From: an uncultured virus (IMG/VR IMGVR_UViG_3300033388_007403)
Lineage: Duplodnaviria; Heunggongvirae; Uroviricota; Caudoviricetes
Strand: one strand, 5' to 3'
Length of the DNA: 64,000 nucleotides
Virus record (IMG/VR): IMGVR_UViG_3300033388_007403
In this document: piece by piece, positions 41,545 through 52,454 of the stretch
Layout of the letters: every line of letters begins with the position of its first letter
Position numbering within the stretch: the first letter of the stretch is position 1
The notes under the pieces: model-generated
What the model saw: the letters and a program-made list of their open reading frames with translations, nothing else
What the model was told of the DNA's origin: nothing
The model's database searches: none
Made by a program: the position numbers and the translations under genes

Positions 41545-42015
41545 CTATCTCACATTAAAATAATCTGTTTTCTCATTATCTTTTATAAACTTTACTGTAG
41601 ATTGAGGAAGATACTCTTTCCAATCTGTATCAAGATTATGTCTTTGTTCAGACCACGCTGTTTTTACTGTACCTATTCCAGTATGATATACAGCATTTCT
41701 CACTTCTTTGGTATCGGGTAGATAATATCCAACATATCTTATTTGTCTTGGAATGACTACGCTTTTGTAGACTTCTCCTACCCTCTTATTCTTATCAGGA
41801 TTATTCCAACATTTGTTATAATCCCAATCTTTTTCATCCAATTCCATATATGCTAAACACTCATTCCAGTCAACACGGTCAATCTTATAAAGACCTGTAT
41901 TAGTAAAATTCTGTGTAGCAGGCTTTTCTGTTGTAATTTGCTCTATCACATCTGGATTCGATGCCAGAAACAAAGCAACTCCAACACTTATTGCCGATAT
42001 AACTAATGACTTCAT
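41545..42015 (-). CDS. hypothetical protein with signal-peptide-like N-terminus
   Basis: AAGGAG RBS before MKSLVISAISVGVALFLA. Confidence 0.65.
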   Translation of the reverse strand: MKSLVISAISVGVALFLASNPDVIEQITTEKPATQNFTNTGLYKIDRVDWNECLAYMELDEKDWDYNKCWNNPDKNKRVGEVYKSVVIPRQIRYVGYYLPDTKEVRNAVYHTGIGTVKTAWSEQRHNLDTDWKEYLPQSTVKFIKDNEKTDYFNVR

Positions 42016-42217
42016 AATAGATCTCCTTAAATTATGATAAGAGATAAGACATATTACTTTATCTCTTATATTCTTTTCTTTTATCCTTTTTGTCCCTTGA
42101 ATTTCTTTGTCGCAATAAAAACAAAACAAGCTATAGCGACTATTAACCAACTCACTGAGACACCGTTTTGACTCATAGAAAAGTTATTCTGGACTATCTG
42201 CATGATATTATTCATGA

Positions 42218-42457
42218 TTAGTCTCTCCTTAACTGATTCTGTCCTACCATAGGCAATGAAGAAGGACCAAAAATACCAGAATGTCTACTAAGGTATTCAT
42301 TCCCGTTATTCTCGCCAGGTAGTATCTTTTTAGCAGAAATCTTTGGACCTTTGAATCCAATATATACTTCTGGACCCTCAGCCTCAAAATTATTACATCC
42401 ACTTGCACCAAGCACAAAAAGCAGAATCACTAAACTCATTACTCTTTTTAATAACAT
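42218..42457 (-). CDS. putative lipoprotein
   Basis: Basic N-terminus, hydrophobic stretch, GASGC lipobox. Confidence 0.6.
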   Translation of the reverse strand: MLLKRVMSLVILLFVLGASGCNNFEAEGPEVYIGFKGPKISAKKILPGENNGNEYLSRHSGIFGPSSLPMVGQNQLRRD

Positions 42458-43303
42458 CTTTAATACTCCTAAATACTTTCGTTAATTCCATCCCTGATAA
42501 ATTCTCAACAGCATCATGCCATCACATTATAAGAATAAACTTTTTTCACTCTGGCGGAATAAGTATAAAAATATAGGCAATATAAATAATATAGACCAGA
42601 TAGATAGTATAGGTAAAAAAAAGACAGACTCACTGTGAATGAGCCTGTCTAAAGGATAATATGAACACAAAAACGTTAATCTAAAACTGCCACCTCTTGA
42701 GCCAGATCTTCTTCATCAATTGACTCCATTGCCTGAGAAAGTAGATTCTGATGATATAGGTTAATAAGACTCTCTATAACTGATTGAAAGTTTTCAAATA
42801 CTCCTATTTGTGTCTCTTTTTGATACGCTGATTCATGACGTGTAGCAGAAATATATGTTACCTTTGAAAGATCAAAACATATTCTCTGCAAAGGAGTACT
42901 CGGAAAAAGTCTACCCCAATACACTGTTATCAAGAGCCACTCATCAAAATAGATAGGTACTTGACCCTCAGACTCTGCCAGAGAATCTATATCCATTACT
43001 ATTGTAGCTGAGATACCTAACTTATCTCTTACTCTCTCCAATAGCTTTTTTGTTTTTTCTGCTATTACTCTTACATCTGTTCTCAACATTCTAAAACTCC
43101 AAATTTTCCATAAATGTCTCTGGTAAATTCTCTGCATAATATGCGGCATAATGATAAACACGTTCATCAGAGCAATTACAAACCTCTTTTAGAAATGTCA
43201 TTCTATCGCTTTTGGACATATCAACACTTTATCAGTGTAAAATTTTTTCACTCTGGCGGAAAAGCAGGGATAACCATTTTTGGCTATCCTTGCTCTCCAA
43301 TGA

Positions 43304-44110
43304 TTAGTTCAGAATCAACTCCTGATGAAAGAAGTTCGTTAACTTTAGTGTCCCAAGATTGGACGTTACAGGGTTCCGAGCCAGTCGCTTCTTCTCAACT
43401 TCGGTGAAAGCATTGAGGAGATTGAAGCTATTCCGTGCCTTAAACTCCGGATGCCAAATTTCTGCCTCTGCCTCTGAGTCCGGATAACGGTCCTGACTAT
43501 CCCACTCATTGACAACATCCAGTATACGAGCCTTGCTGATAACGTCCTGTTTTCCAGCACGTACAATAAGACCATATGCCGCATCCTGCGTTAACTTGCG
43601 GTCTGCCAGTTCGGTATAAAACTTATCCTGACTTGCACGATAAGCATCAACCGTACTCAAAGCATCTATCAACCGTGCCCAAAGTCCATCGCGGACATTC
43701 GGTGTATGCTTATGAGCGGCTTCCCCACCGATACCAGTGAGTTCATCGGTCCAGTGCGAAAAACAAAGGTTCGAGCAAACGAACACTTTTCCGCCCAAAC
43801 ATATACGAATCCGCAGAGTTCCATCGTAGGAATTGCAGAAACCCAACATCAATTTTGACCTACCACCATAGAAATCCATGTTCTCGATCTCGTAGGTCCC
43901 GAAGAGTCTGTTCCCATTGGAATCCCAACCCAAATTTTCCGCAGTAAGAATAAGACCATGTTGACGTGCGGCATCATTCAACATAAGAATAAGTTCCTCA
44001 TTCGAGACCGCCATATAAGTTCTGGTGGTTTCCGGAATAAGTCTTTTCGCAAATGCCTGTCCTCTTGTGCAAATCCCCGATTTCGGTGTATCCAATAATA
44101 AACCATTCAT
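43304..44110 (-). CDS. DUF932-like protein (GC-rich gene)
   Basis: NSYDG...VFVCSNL..HKHT..NAFTE. Confidence 0.75.
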   Translation of the reverse strand: MNGLLLDTPKSGICTRGQAFAKRLIPETTRTYMAVSNEELILMLNDAARQHGLILTAENLGWDSNGNRLFGTYEIENMDFYGGRSKLMLGFCNSYDGTLRIRICLGGKVFVCSNLCFSHWTDELTGIGGEAAHKHTPNVRDGLWARLIDALSTVDAYRASQDKFYTELADRKLTQDAAYGLIVRAGKQDVISKARILDVVNEWDSQDRYPDSEAEAEIWHPEFKARNSFNLLNAFTEVEKKRLARNPVTSNLGTLKLTNFFHQELILN

Positions 44111-44198
44111 ACTACAATTCCTTAAAAAGATTAAAACTTTATTGCTTCAACATCTTATAAGAGTTAAATTTTCTCACTCTGGCGGATTAAATAAAATT

Positions 44199-44465
44199 TT
44201 ATTCTTGTGAGCAATTATCCAAACACCATTGAGCCACTTCATCTTGTTCTGTGAGAGGACAGGGAAAAGAATTGTTTATAGTTTCCACAATCACAAAACC
44301 GCAATTCAAACATTGAAACCTATCAACTTGTGCTGTACTCTGATATTCTGCAAAATCAAAATCACCATTTTCTTCAATGTCGGTAACTTCAACAGAATGA
44401 GGACCATCTAAACAACATTCTATTCTGGTTTCACCACAATTTGGACATACAAACTTTGCACTCAT
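44199..44465 (-). CDS. zinc-ribbon protein (paralog family)
   Basis: CPNCG...FQCLNCG...QWCLDNCSQE. Confidence 0.7.
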   Translation of the reverse strand: MSAKFVCPNCGETRIECCLDGPHSVEVTDIEENGDFDFAEYQSTAQVDRFQCLNCGFVIVETINNSFPCPLTEQDEVAQWCLDNCSQE

Positions 44466-44469
44466 CTTT

Positions 44470-44760
44470 TTACTCCTGTTCGCAATTATCTTTAACCCAT
44501 TGAACCAATTCATCATCTTCTGTAACCGGAATATCATCTTCCATCAAAAGAGTATTCCCACAATTACCACACTCATAACTGTAGATATAATCTACATTAT
44601 TGGTATTTACATCTATTTCTTCTCCAGTAGTCTCTACCATACAATGACCACCATCACTTTTGGTAATAGTTTCAACTGGATAACCTCTTACCACACCTTG
44701 AATCATAATCAGTTTTCTACTACCACAATTAGGACAATAATATTTTAGTATCTTACTCAT
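44470..44760 (-). CDS. zinc-ribbon protein (paralog family)
   Basis: Near-duplicate of 44838-45125. Confidence 0.75.
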   Translation of the reverse strand: MSKILKYYCPNCGSRKLIMIQGVVRGYPVETITKSDGGHCMVETTGEEIDVNTNNVDYIYSYECGNCGNTLLMEDDIPVTEDDELVQWVKDNCEQE

Positions 44761-44837
44761 TCTTCTACTCCAAAAAATATTATCTTCAACATCTTATAAG
44801 AGTTAAATTTTTTCACTCTGGCGGATTAGATAAAATT

Positions 44838-45125
44838 TTATTCTTGTGAACAATTATCTTTAACCCATTGAACCAATTCATCATCTTCTGTAACCGGCAT
44901 ATCATCTTCCATTAAGAGTGCATTTCCACAACCGCCACATTGATAAGCATAGATAGTATCTTCGTGATTTGTATTTACATCTACTTCTTCTCCAGTAGTG
45001 TCTACAAAAATACTACTAAGACACTCAAGAATAGATTCAACTGGATAGCCTTTTACCACACCTTGAACCATAATCAATTTTTTACTACCACAATCAGGAC
45101 ATTCATACTTTAGTATCTTACTCAT
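44838..45125 (-). CDS. zinc-ribbon protein (paralog family)
   Basis: MSKILKY.CP.CGS.KLIM...EDDELVQWVKDNC. Confidence 0.75.
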   Translation of the reverse strand: MSKILKYECPDCGSKKLIMVQGVVKGYPVESILECLSSIFVDTTGEEVDVNTNHEDTIYAYQCGGCGNALLMEDDMPVTEDDELVQWVKDNCSQE

Positions 45126-45190
45126 TTTTCTACTCCAAAAAAGTTATCATCAACATCTTATCAGTGCTAAATTTTTTCACTCTGGCGGTT

Positions 45191-45673
45191 TCAACTTTTC
45201 ACCATATAGACATTCGTTCTATCATTTTCTTCCATTTCATAATTAAAATCATCTTCTGCATCACGTTGATTTGTACCTGAGTTACAACAATCAAGAATAA
45301 TATTTATAGGAATATTACAATAATCCCATGACATAGTTACAACAGTAGCCATTACACAAGCATCAAGATTGACTCCACACACTTCAAATTCTGATACATC
45401 AAGATCCTGTTCATACATTATATCACTTACTTCTTTTCCACCATCATTATTCATTTTTGTGCGAAAGAAACAATTTTTATACCCATCAACTGCTTCTAAT
45501 ATTTCAGGTACACTTTGTCCAAACTTATTATCATTATCTGTATATTCCAGTATAATAATCGGTTCATTTCTCTTAATATACTTCTTTATTCTATCCACAA
45601 TATTAAGTATTAACCAACTCTCTCTTGCAGAGGGAAACCACCATTGCATATCTATTATTACCAGACACTTCAT
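45191..45673 (-). CDS. isochorismatase/nicotinamidase-like cysteine hydrolase
   Basis: LVIIDMQ..F, K, CGVNLDACV.AT catalytic triad pattern. Confidence 0.85.
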   Translation of the reverse strand: MKCLVIIDMQWWFPSARESWLILNIVDRIKKYIKRNEPIIILEYTDNDNKFGQSVPEILEAVDGYKNCFFRTKMNNDGGKEVSDIMYEQDLDVSEFEVCGVNLDACVMATVVTMSWDYCNIPINIILDCCNSGTNQRDAEDDFNYEMEENDRTNVYMVKS

Positions 45674-46639
45674 TTTTTGCTCCTAAAAAGTTTCTTCAAC
45701 ACCTTACAAAAATTAAATTTTTTCACTCTGGCGGAATAAAAAAATGGCAGCAAGAGCCTGACCTCTCACTGCCAACACTTTTTCAGAGCTTGAAAAAATG
45801 AGTAAAAACTAAGTTCTCCTGCCATAAAATGTTTCTATTTTAATCGGTACTCCTCTGGGAATAGTTAAATGGTAGATTCCATCTTTTTTATCGGGATCAT
45901 CGTCCCTATGCTGCTTCGCAGCGGAAATCATTTTATCCCAATTCCCAAAGGGACCGAAAAGTTCAGGTTCTATATCATCTTCAATAATCAGATTATAATG
46001 ATCCTGTAATTTTTTCTTCTTTTTCTCAGTCAAGATTAGCCCACCTTGACTCTACATATTCATCACCTTCACTATCTTTTTCTACATCTTTACTGCCATC
46101 GGTATCATAATCTTTGACCACGACAGTAACATTATTCAGTCCAGACGGAAAAGCAATATGCTGGATTATACCACCTTCAATAATAACAACTATCTCGGTA
46201 TTCGGTTGTACCATTTCAAAAGGTTGATAATCTTCTTTTGTGGTATCAATCTCCATAACATTACCTAACGGATCTTCATAATTCACATCACCCGCAATAA
46301 ACTCTTGTCTGGTGCAAGAAAGTCTGCTATTCTCATTGAAACCCATTTCTTGTACTACATAACCTGTTGTAATTTTATTACATACATGGTCAAGTCCACC
46401 TTCATTTTTTTGCTCCGACTCTTTAACTACTGGACACAGTTTTTTTGCATCATCGTAGTTATGTATGTCTTTTTGCTCTTTACAACCAACTAAAATAGAG
46501 CTACCATCTCCAGTTGACTCCGTAATTTTAGAAGCACATTTCCCACACATCGACCTACATTTTTTTTCATTCATTTTTTACTCCAAAAAAAGTTATCATT
46601 AACACTCTATCAGTGCTAAATTTTCTCACTCTGGCGGAA

Positions 46640-47152
46640 TTAACCACCATATTCATAAACAACTACATCAATTCCACGTTCAAGCCATATTTCTCTTATT
46701 AACTCCAATATGAAATTCCAATTACCTTTAGCAAGAGCCGAACCAAACTTTGGACAATGAATAACAACAGGTCTTTTATCAATTTTGCTCTTTATCATTT
46801 CAATATAATCCACCACTTCTGCCATAGCATTAGCAAGTGCCCTATATTTAATAGGAATAGGATTAGATTCTGATACAGTGCCATCCTGACCAATCATATT
46901 GGCAATGATCAAATCATCATCTATTTTAGCATAACAAACTTTACCTAATATAGGGAATTCTTTGTTATTCATACAGAATCTTCTATATACCTGTTCAGGT
47001 TCTTTCCATCTACGCGAGATCGCCAACACAACCCCTGCACCCCATTTATTTTCATTATTGCAGCAATGAGGGATAATAGCTATCTCATTCGGCGCAGTGA
47101 ATTGTGGATTAGTTACATCACCAACCACATTTGTCAATTTACCTTTTTCCAC
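46640..47152 (-). CDS. macrodomain ADP-ribose-processing protein
   Basis: VGDVT, HCCN..WGAGV..AI, PKFGSALAKGNW. Confidence 0.88.
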   Translation of the reverse strand: MEKGKLTNVVGDVTNPQFTAPNEIAIIPHCCNNENKWGAGVVLAISRRWKEPEQVYRRFCMNNKEFPILGKVCYAKIDDDLIIANMIGQDGTVSESNPIPIKYRALANAMAEVVDYIEMIKSKIDKRPVVIHCPKFGSALAKGNWNFILELIREIWLERGIDVVVYEYGG

Positions 47153-48849
47153 TTTATTCTCCTATTACAACTTCATATTCATTTATATTAGCTATATATC
47201 CTGGAATACAATTAAAAGTGACATCAAGACTACACAAACATCCTTTGATACCACAAAGTTTTCGCCACATCCTACAATATTGTCTCTTATTGATAAACCA
47301 CCTTTTACCATTTCCATAAGCCAAAACATAAGTTTCTGTATTATGAAAATTATTTTTTACTATTATTTTTTTTCTTCTTTCCACTTTATTCTCCTATATC
47401 AATACTTATAAATTGTTACTGCCTCTACTTGTCCTTCAAAATGATTCAAAAAATAGATACCAGTAGCAAGATACAATTTTACATTATCTCCTTCTAACCA
47501 TTCTTGCAACTTCTCACGCTCACTTGAAGCCTTGCTCTCTGGAAATGCCATCTGATGCATCATCAATACAAACGGCACAGATTTTTCAGCATCAGCCATT
47601 GGCAATAATTCGAGATAATCTTTTACTCTATCTCTAATCCAAAAACCAACACCCAAAACTTGTTCTTGCTCATGAAGTTTCAAATCAAAATCTGCAAGAA
47701 AAATATCTCTTTGTTTACGGGTCAACAAAAAACTTAGAAGATTTAAGTCTTTTATTTCACTTAATTTTTGACGAATCATCATATACATTTTTATTCTCCA
47801 TTAACTATAGTGTTACGATACACCAGTTCTGATACTTCGGTGAAACATTCATCACAATTATTACAACTACCTCTCTGATGATACCATTTATCTGATACAC
47901 TCTCAGAAAGTCCCCACTCTATATCTGTACTACCACATTTTGGACATTGACTCTCACATCTCTTTTCATATTCTGTTTCTTCACCCTCATTCTCTGTAAT
48001 GAGACAGTGTTTATTATCTTCACCTCTATCCTCTTTCATTCCACTACAATTTTGACAATCTTCTGGTGTAGAAACTCGTACATTCGACGGAACATCCTCT
48101 TTATAAGTATAAAAAGTACTCATTGGATATTCACAACGAGTTTTATTCTTATCATCTTCTGTCATTTTTCTGCTCCAAAAAAATTATCATCAACACCTTA
48201 TCAGTGTTATAATTTTTCACTCTGGCGGTTTATGAACTACACCATCCACCAACATACCATCCTTTATCTTTAACAGGGACAATATCAGCTGGTCCCCACT
48301 TATCAGAATTAAGAGTATAACAGACAAAATCTTCTGCTAATCCTTCATCATCAAACACTTTATCACGATGGATTGTTGCATCTGTTTTTTCTGCAAAAGA
48401 ACCGGAGTAACCAGAATGGCCATGTCCCCACTCTGCTTGCTCAATAGTCTCAGTAAACATACCTTTAAGTTCAGCATCTGTCAGATTAAGCTCAGTATCT
48501 TTTATAAATTCACTACAATATTCTGCACCCATTTTTTTCTCCAATTAAGTATTATTTCCAATAGTATCAATAACTGTTTTCAATGCTTCAAAATATGCTG
48601 GAGATTCTACATCCACACCTGCACAAGCCTGAGCCAAAATAAAAAATTCTATACCACCCATTATCTTGTTAAACTCTGCTCTACCAAAATAATCATCTTC
48701 ATACTCTGTACCATCTTCACAATGTCCATAACAAAAAACTTCACCACAATCAGGACAAGGTTCATATAAAGAAGAAGATATAGAATCACCACCATCTCCA
48801 GTGAGGAATATCTCTATATCACATATATTTATCTTAATTATTTTTTCCA

Positions 48850-49269
48850 TTATTTTTCTCCATTTGCTAAACAATATTTACAATCTTGAAACTCTTTATC
48901 GCAAATGTTTTCAGCTAAACACACTTTACATCTTGTGGTTGTTTTCCATCCACAAGGTGCTACAATCCAGATAGTTCCATCCATCCACTCTATATAATCT
49001 CCAACACTCATAAAAGTGTGACCCACTCTTACAAATCTATTTGTATTTTCCTCTCCAACAATTTCATGAGGATGAAGATTCATAAGCTCCCATATCACAC
49101 CTGCAAAATCTCCATACTCGATAATATCTCCAAAAGACCATCTTTCTTTGATATCATCTGAATCCAACTCTGTAATAAATACTGCCATAGTAGGAAATAC
49201 TGCTAAACTATCCTTGTCAAGGCACATTGCATTTATCTTAAAGTCTTGATAGAATATTCTTACTTTCAT
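48850..49269 (-). CDS. YodL-like protein
   Basis: GHTFMSVGD...V..CGW. Confidence 0.55.
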   Translation of the reverse strand: MKVRIFYQDFKINAMCLDKDSLAVFPTMAVFITELDSDDIKERWSFGDIIEYGDFAGVIWELMNLHPHEIVGEENTNRFVRVGHTFMSVGDYIEWMDGTIWIVAPCGWKTTTRCKVCLAENICDKEFQDCKYCLANGEK

Positions 49270-49385
49270 TTCTTTGCTCCAAAAAAAGTTTCATTCACAC
49301 CTTATCAGTGCTAAAATTTTTCACTCTGGCGGAATAAAAAAGGATGAGGGTGGAGATATGGACTCCACCCTCTTTGCGGAAACTA

Positions 49386-49952
49386 TTACTTAGGAGAAAT
49401 TTCGATTGTGTTTCCTTTGGTCGTTACATTGAGCCTTGCCCCAACAGGGAAAGTTGCTTCGGTGATACGAACCCTACCATCTGACTCCGGTTTACGGAGA
49501 ATGACATTACCATTACAGGCAACATCATAAGCCTTTGTGATCTGGTCCGGTGTAACCTGTTTCAGAACCTTTTGCGGAATCTGAATCCGATGCTCGTCGG
49601 TTACAGTAACCGTAACTTCATCGGTATCCTCGTCGGTATCGACCGGAACCTGAATCGTCTGCTTTTTGGCAAGCGGATGGTCATATGCCGACTTTGTGAA
49701 CGGAAAATAAACCCATACATCATAGTCGTCATCACCACAATCAAGCACGATCACCTGTCGATTATACGTGTTGTTGCCCAACTGACCATTCAGATACAGA
49801 TTGTGAACAATACTCTTGACATCGTAATGCCGAGCATCACCACTTTTCCTGATTTCTTCTGTTATATCAAAGGCACTGAAAACCTTGTCCTCTGATACAA
49901 ACTGACCAATAACATCTCTTACTACATCTACTACTACGCCTGTACCACTCAT
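49386..49952 (-). CDS. hypothetical protein
   Basis: AAGGAG RBS; terminator hairpin at about 49345-49372. Confidence 0.7.
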   Translation of the reverse strand: MSGTGVVVDVVRDVIGQFVSEDKVFSAFDITEEIRKSGDARHYDVKSIVHNLYLNGQLGNNTYNRQVIVLDCGDDDYDVWVYFPFTKSAYDHPLAKKQTIQVPVDTDEDTDEVTVTVTDEHRIQIPQKVLKQVTPDQITKAYDVACNGNVILRKPESDGRVRITEATFPVGARLNVTTKGNTIEISPK

Positions 49953-50031
49953 TTGTACTCTCCTTAAAATAATATTAGTTTCCATTTACTTCATTACTCT
50001 ATCAGTGTTACATTTTTTCACTCTGGCGGAA

Positions 50032-51315
50032 TTATGCGAACTCCACTAAATAAACTAAATTTGCTTGATTTGTCTTATAAACAATCATTTCATCGTTTAT
50101 CACTCCTGATTGCCCACCTTTAGCCCAAGTGCTATCATACCCCGCTTTAGGATATGAACCCCATCCACCACCCGCAACATAAGATTTACCCATAGCCACT
50201 TCTGAAAGAAACATAAACGTACGATTTGTGTTGCCACCGCTTCCCCAAAAATTCGTGGCATAATTTAATGCTTTAGTCGAAACTGAAGAAAAATACAATC
50301 CATCAGAATACATCCGACCTGTACAATGAGCAGAACTTGATGGAGGAATAACTAAACCCTGCCTAAGAATAGAGAGTAAGTTACTCGCTTTTGTCCCATG
50401 CCATAACTGCATAATATTACCTATTTTACCACTTACTTCATCAAAAGACTTTTTCATTAAAGCTATCTTTACTGCGTATACATCTTTAACATGAAGATTA
50501 TATACTCCATGATGTCCTTTTTTCTTATTACTCTCAAAAAGTTTTGACAATTTATCTATAACCTTTTTGTCAACAACCTTAAAAAGATCCACTTCAAAGA
50601 CTTTCGGTGCTTTCTTCTTTGTAGTTTTCTTTTTCGGTGCAATAGTAACACCTGCAAAAGAAGCATCTAAACCATCAAGTAAAGCATTCTCTTTTTGTAC
50701 TTCTGATAAATTAGGTAGAATATCTATAGGACTCAATCTTTTCATTCCAAAGTCTCTCGGAATAAGAGATAAATATTCATTCAGTGCATCTTCAAAATAA
50801 GGGTCATTCCAATTCTGAACAGCCACCATATCAGATAAATCAGATAAGAGGACTCTTGCTCTATCAATCTGATCTGGCATAATAATGCCTTGTGTAGTCT
50901 TAAACTGTGCTGAACTGGTATCAAAAGTAATTTTATTATTTGTAGCTGTCATAATATTATGAGCATTAACACCTACAAGATATTTAATCAAATTCTTAAC
51001 AATGGGATTATTGTACGTTATTTGCTTGTTTGCTATATCTTTGAGATTAGCATTAACAACAGTTTTAGCAGTTACAGAGCCAGAGCCTTCAACAGTTAGA
51101 TTCTCTCTATATCCTTTTTTCTTTTTTTCTCTGATCTTTTTATCCATAAAAGATCTACCTACTCCACTCCACGTTTTGCTCTGTGAAGTTTTACCCTGTC
51201 TACCCCACTCAGACATAACATCACCATCATCATATAAAGTGACATTCCACCATTTATTGTTATTGTTTCCCAAATTAGTTAAACTAAATTTTCGATATTC
51301 TGCGATATTACTCAT
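50032..51315 (-). CDS. WGR-domain poly(ADP-ribose) polymerase (WGR, helical and catalytic domains)
   Basis: NKWW..EWGRQG..K.KKGY; YLSLIP; LWHGT..NLLSIL..GL; GLYFS..KALNY; LSEVAMG; NDEMIVY (H-Y-E triad). Confidence 0.93.
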   Translation of the reverse strand: MSNIAEYRKFSLTNLGNNNNKWWNVTLYDDGDVMSEWGRQGKTSQSKTWSGVGRSFMDKKIREKKKKGYRENLTVEGSGSVTAKTVVNANLKDIANKQITYNNPIVKNLIKYLVGVNAHNIMTATNNKITFDTSSAQFKTTQGIIMPDQIDRARVLLSDLSDMVAVQNWNDPYFEDALNEYLSLIPRDFGMKRLSPIDILPNLSEVQKENALLDGLDASFAGVTIAPKKKTTKKKAPKVFEVDLFKVVDKKVIDKLSKLFESNKKKGHHGVYNLHVKDVYAVKIALMKKSFDEVSGKIGNIMQLWHGTKASNLLSILRQGLVIPPSSSAHCTGRMYSDGLYFSSVSTKALNYATNFWGSGGNTNRTFMFLSEVAMGKSYVAGGGWGSYPKAGYDSTWAKGGQSGVINDEMIVYKTNQANLVYLVEFA

Positions 51316-51332
51316 AATTTTTCCTAAAATAA

Positions 51333-51364
51333 AAAGGTTTTTAATTTTTAATACTGAATATATA
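51333..51364 (+). promoter_or_regulatory. phage promoter class AAAGG-N17-GAATATA, antisense to the PARP leader
   Basis: AAAGGT-17 nt-GAATATATA. Confidence 0.6.
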
Positions 51365-51605
51365 AATTAGATAATGCTTAAACCTCATATTAAAGTATTG
51401 CCGATAAAATTAAATAAATACTTGTAAGAGTATTTCTTGATTTCTTAGTGAGGTTTGAAATTAAGATTTACTCTTTTTTTATGTAAAAGGATTAAATTAG
51501 GTTATTCACATCCTCTTTATTCATTATGATTGTTTTATTCATTTTTTGCCCAAAAATTATTATCATTTACACTATATCAGTGCTGTATTTTTCACTCTGG
51601 CGGAA

Positions 51606-52454
51606 TTAAAATCTACATATTTCCTTAAACTGTTTTCTTTCACCTGTATAATCACGACGATATTTCTTTTTATTCTTGATCTTCTTCATCAGTGCAATGA
51701 ATCTATTCCTTCTCCACATCGACCCCATTGTTTCACTATCGCCATGAAGCATGATAACTGGACTCTTTTTTCTGTTTTGTGAGTTTCCATTACAAGCATT
51801 ACACTGTTTGCAATTAGTTAAAACTCCAGCCTCTTTGCTTGCAGGACAGATAAACTCACTTTCCATCACTTCATTCTCTAAAGACTCTCTAACTCTGAAT
51901 GTTCTCCATCCCATCAATTGTGCCTGTAGATACTCTTTATTGTAGCCTACAATGCTATCAACACTTGCCATACAAAGATTCTGGAGTCTCTGGTCACAGT
52001 TTTTCCACTGATGAGTATATCCAGTATGACCCTTTAAAACACTACAAATTGTATCCCAAACCTCAAAAGGTACTGCAGCAGGGTCGCCATAAGTACCAAA
52101 ACGGACATAAGCATTCTCAAAATATTTTATATCTTCATCTTTCCATTTACGATAACTACCATCATGAAATGCGTTAAATACTTGTCTCGGACCATGAGCT
52201 AAATTGACATAACAGGTAGAGTTTTCTCGGTGCTTACAATCACCACAAACACTTTTATCTTCACCTAACCTACGGGCAAGTATCGGTGTAATATCTTGAC
52301 GTAAAATATATGTCTGTATCATTTTACCTGTTTTGCGGTTCTTTGACTTGCTATTGATACCATTAGCAATAACCATTATACGTTCACCATCTAATAGGGA
52401 CTTTCCTTGCCATAAGATAATACCAATTGCTTTTTTCTTCTTTGTCTCAAACAT
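51606..52454 (-). CDS. conserved phage Cys-rich protein, radical-SAM/Gp88-like
   Basis: N.KTG.MIQ, CGDC..CYV, RFGTYGDPAA, TGYTHQW, CPA..C..C.AC. Confidence 0.65.
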   Translation of the reverse strand: MFETKKKKAIGIILWQGKSLLDGERIMVIANGINSKSKNRKTGKMIQTYILRQDITPILARRLGEDKSVCGDCKHRENSTCYVNLAHGPRQVFNAFHDGSYRKWKDEDIKYFENAYVRFGTYGDPAAVPFEVWDTICSVLKGHTGYTHQWKNCDQRLQNLCMASVDSIVGYNKEYLQAQLMGWRTFRVRESLENEVMESEFICPASKEAGVLTNCKQCNACNGNSQNRKKSPVIMLHGDSETMGSMWRRNRFIALMKKIKNKKKYRRDYTGERKQFKEICRF

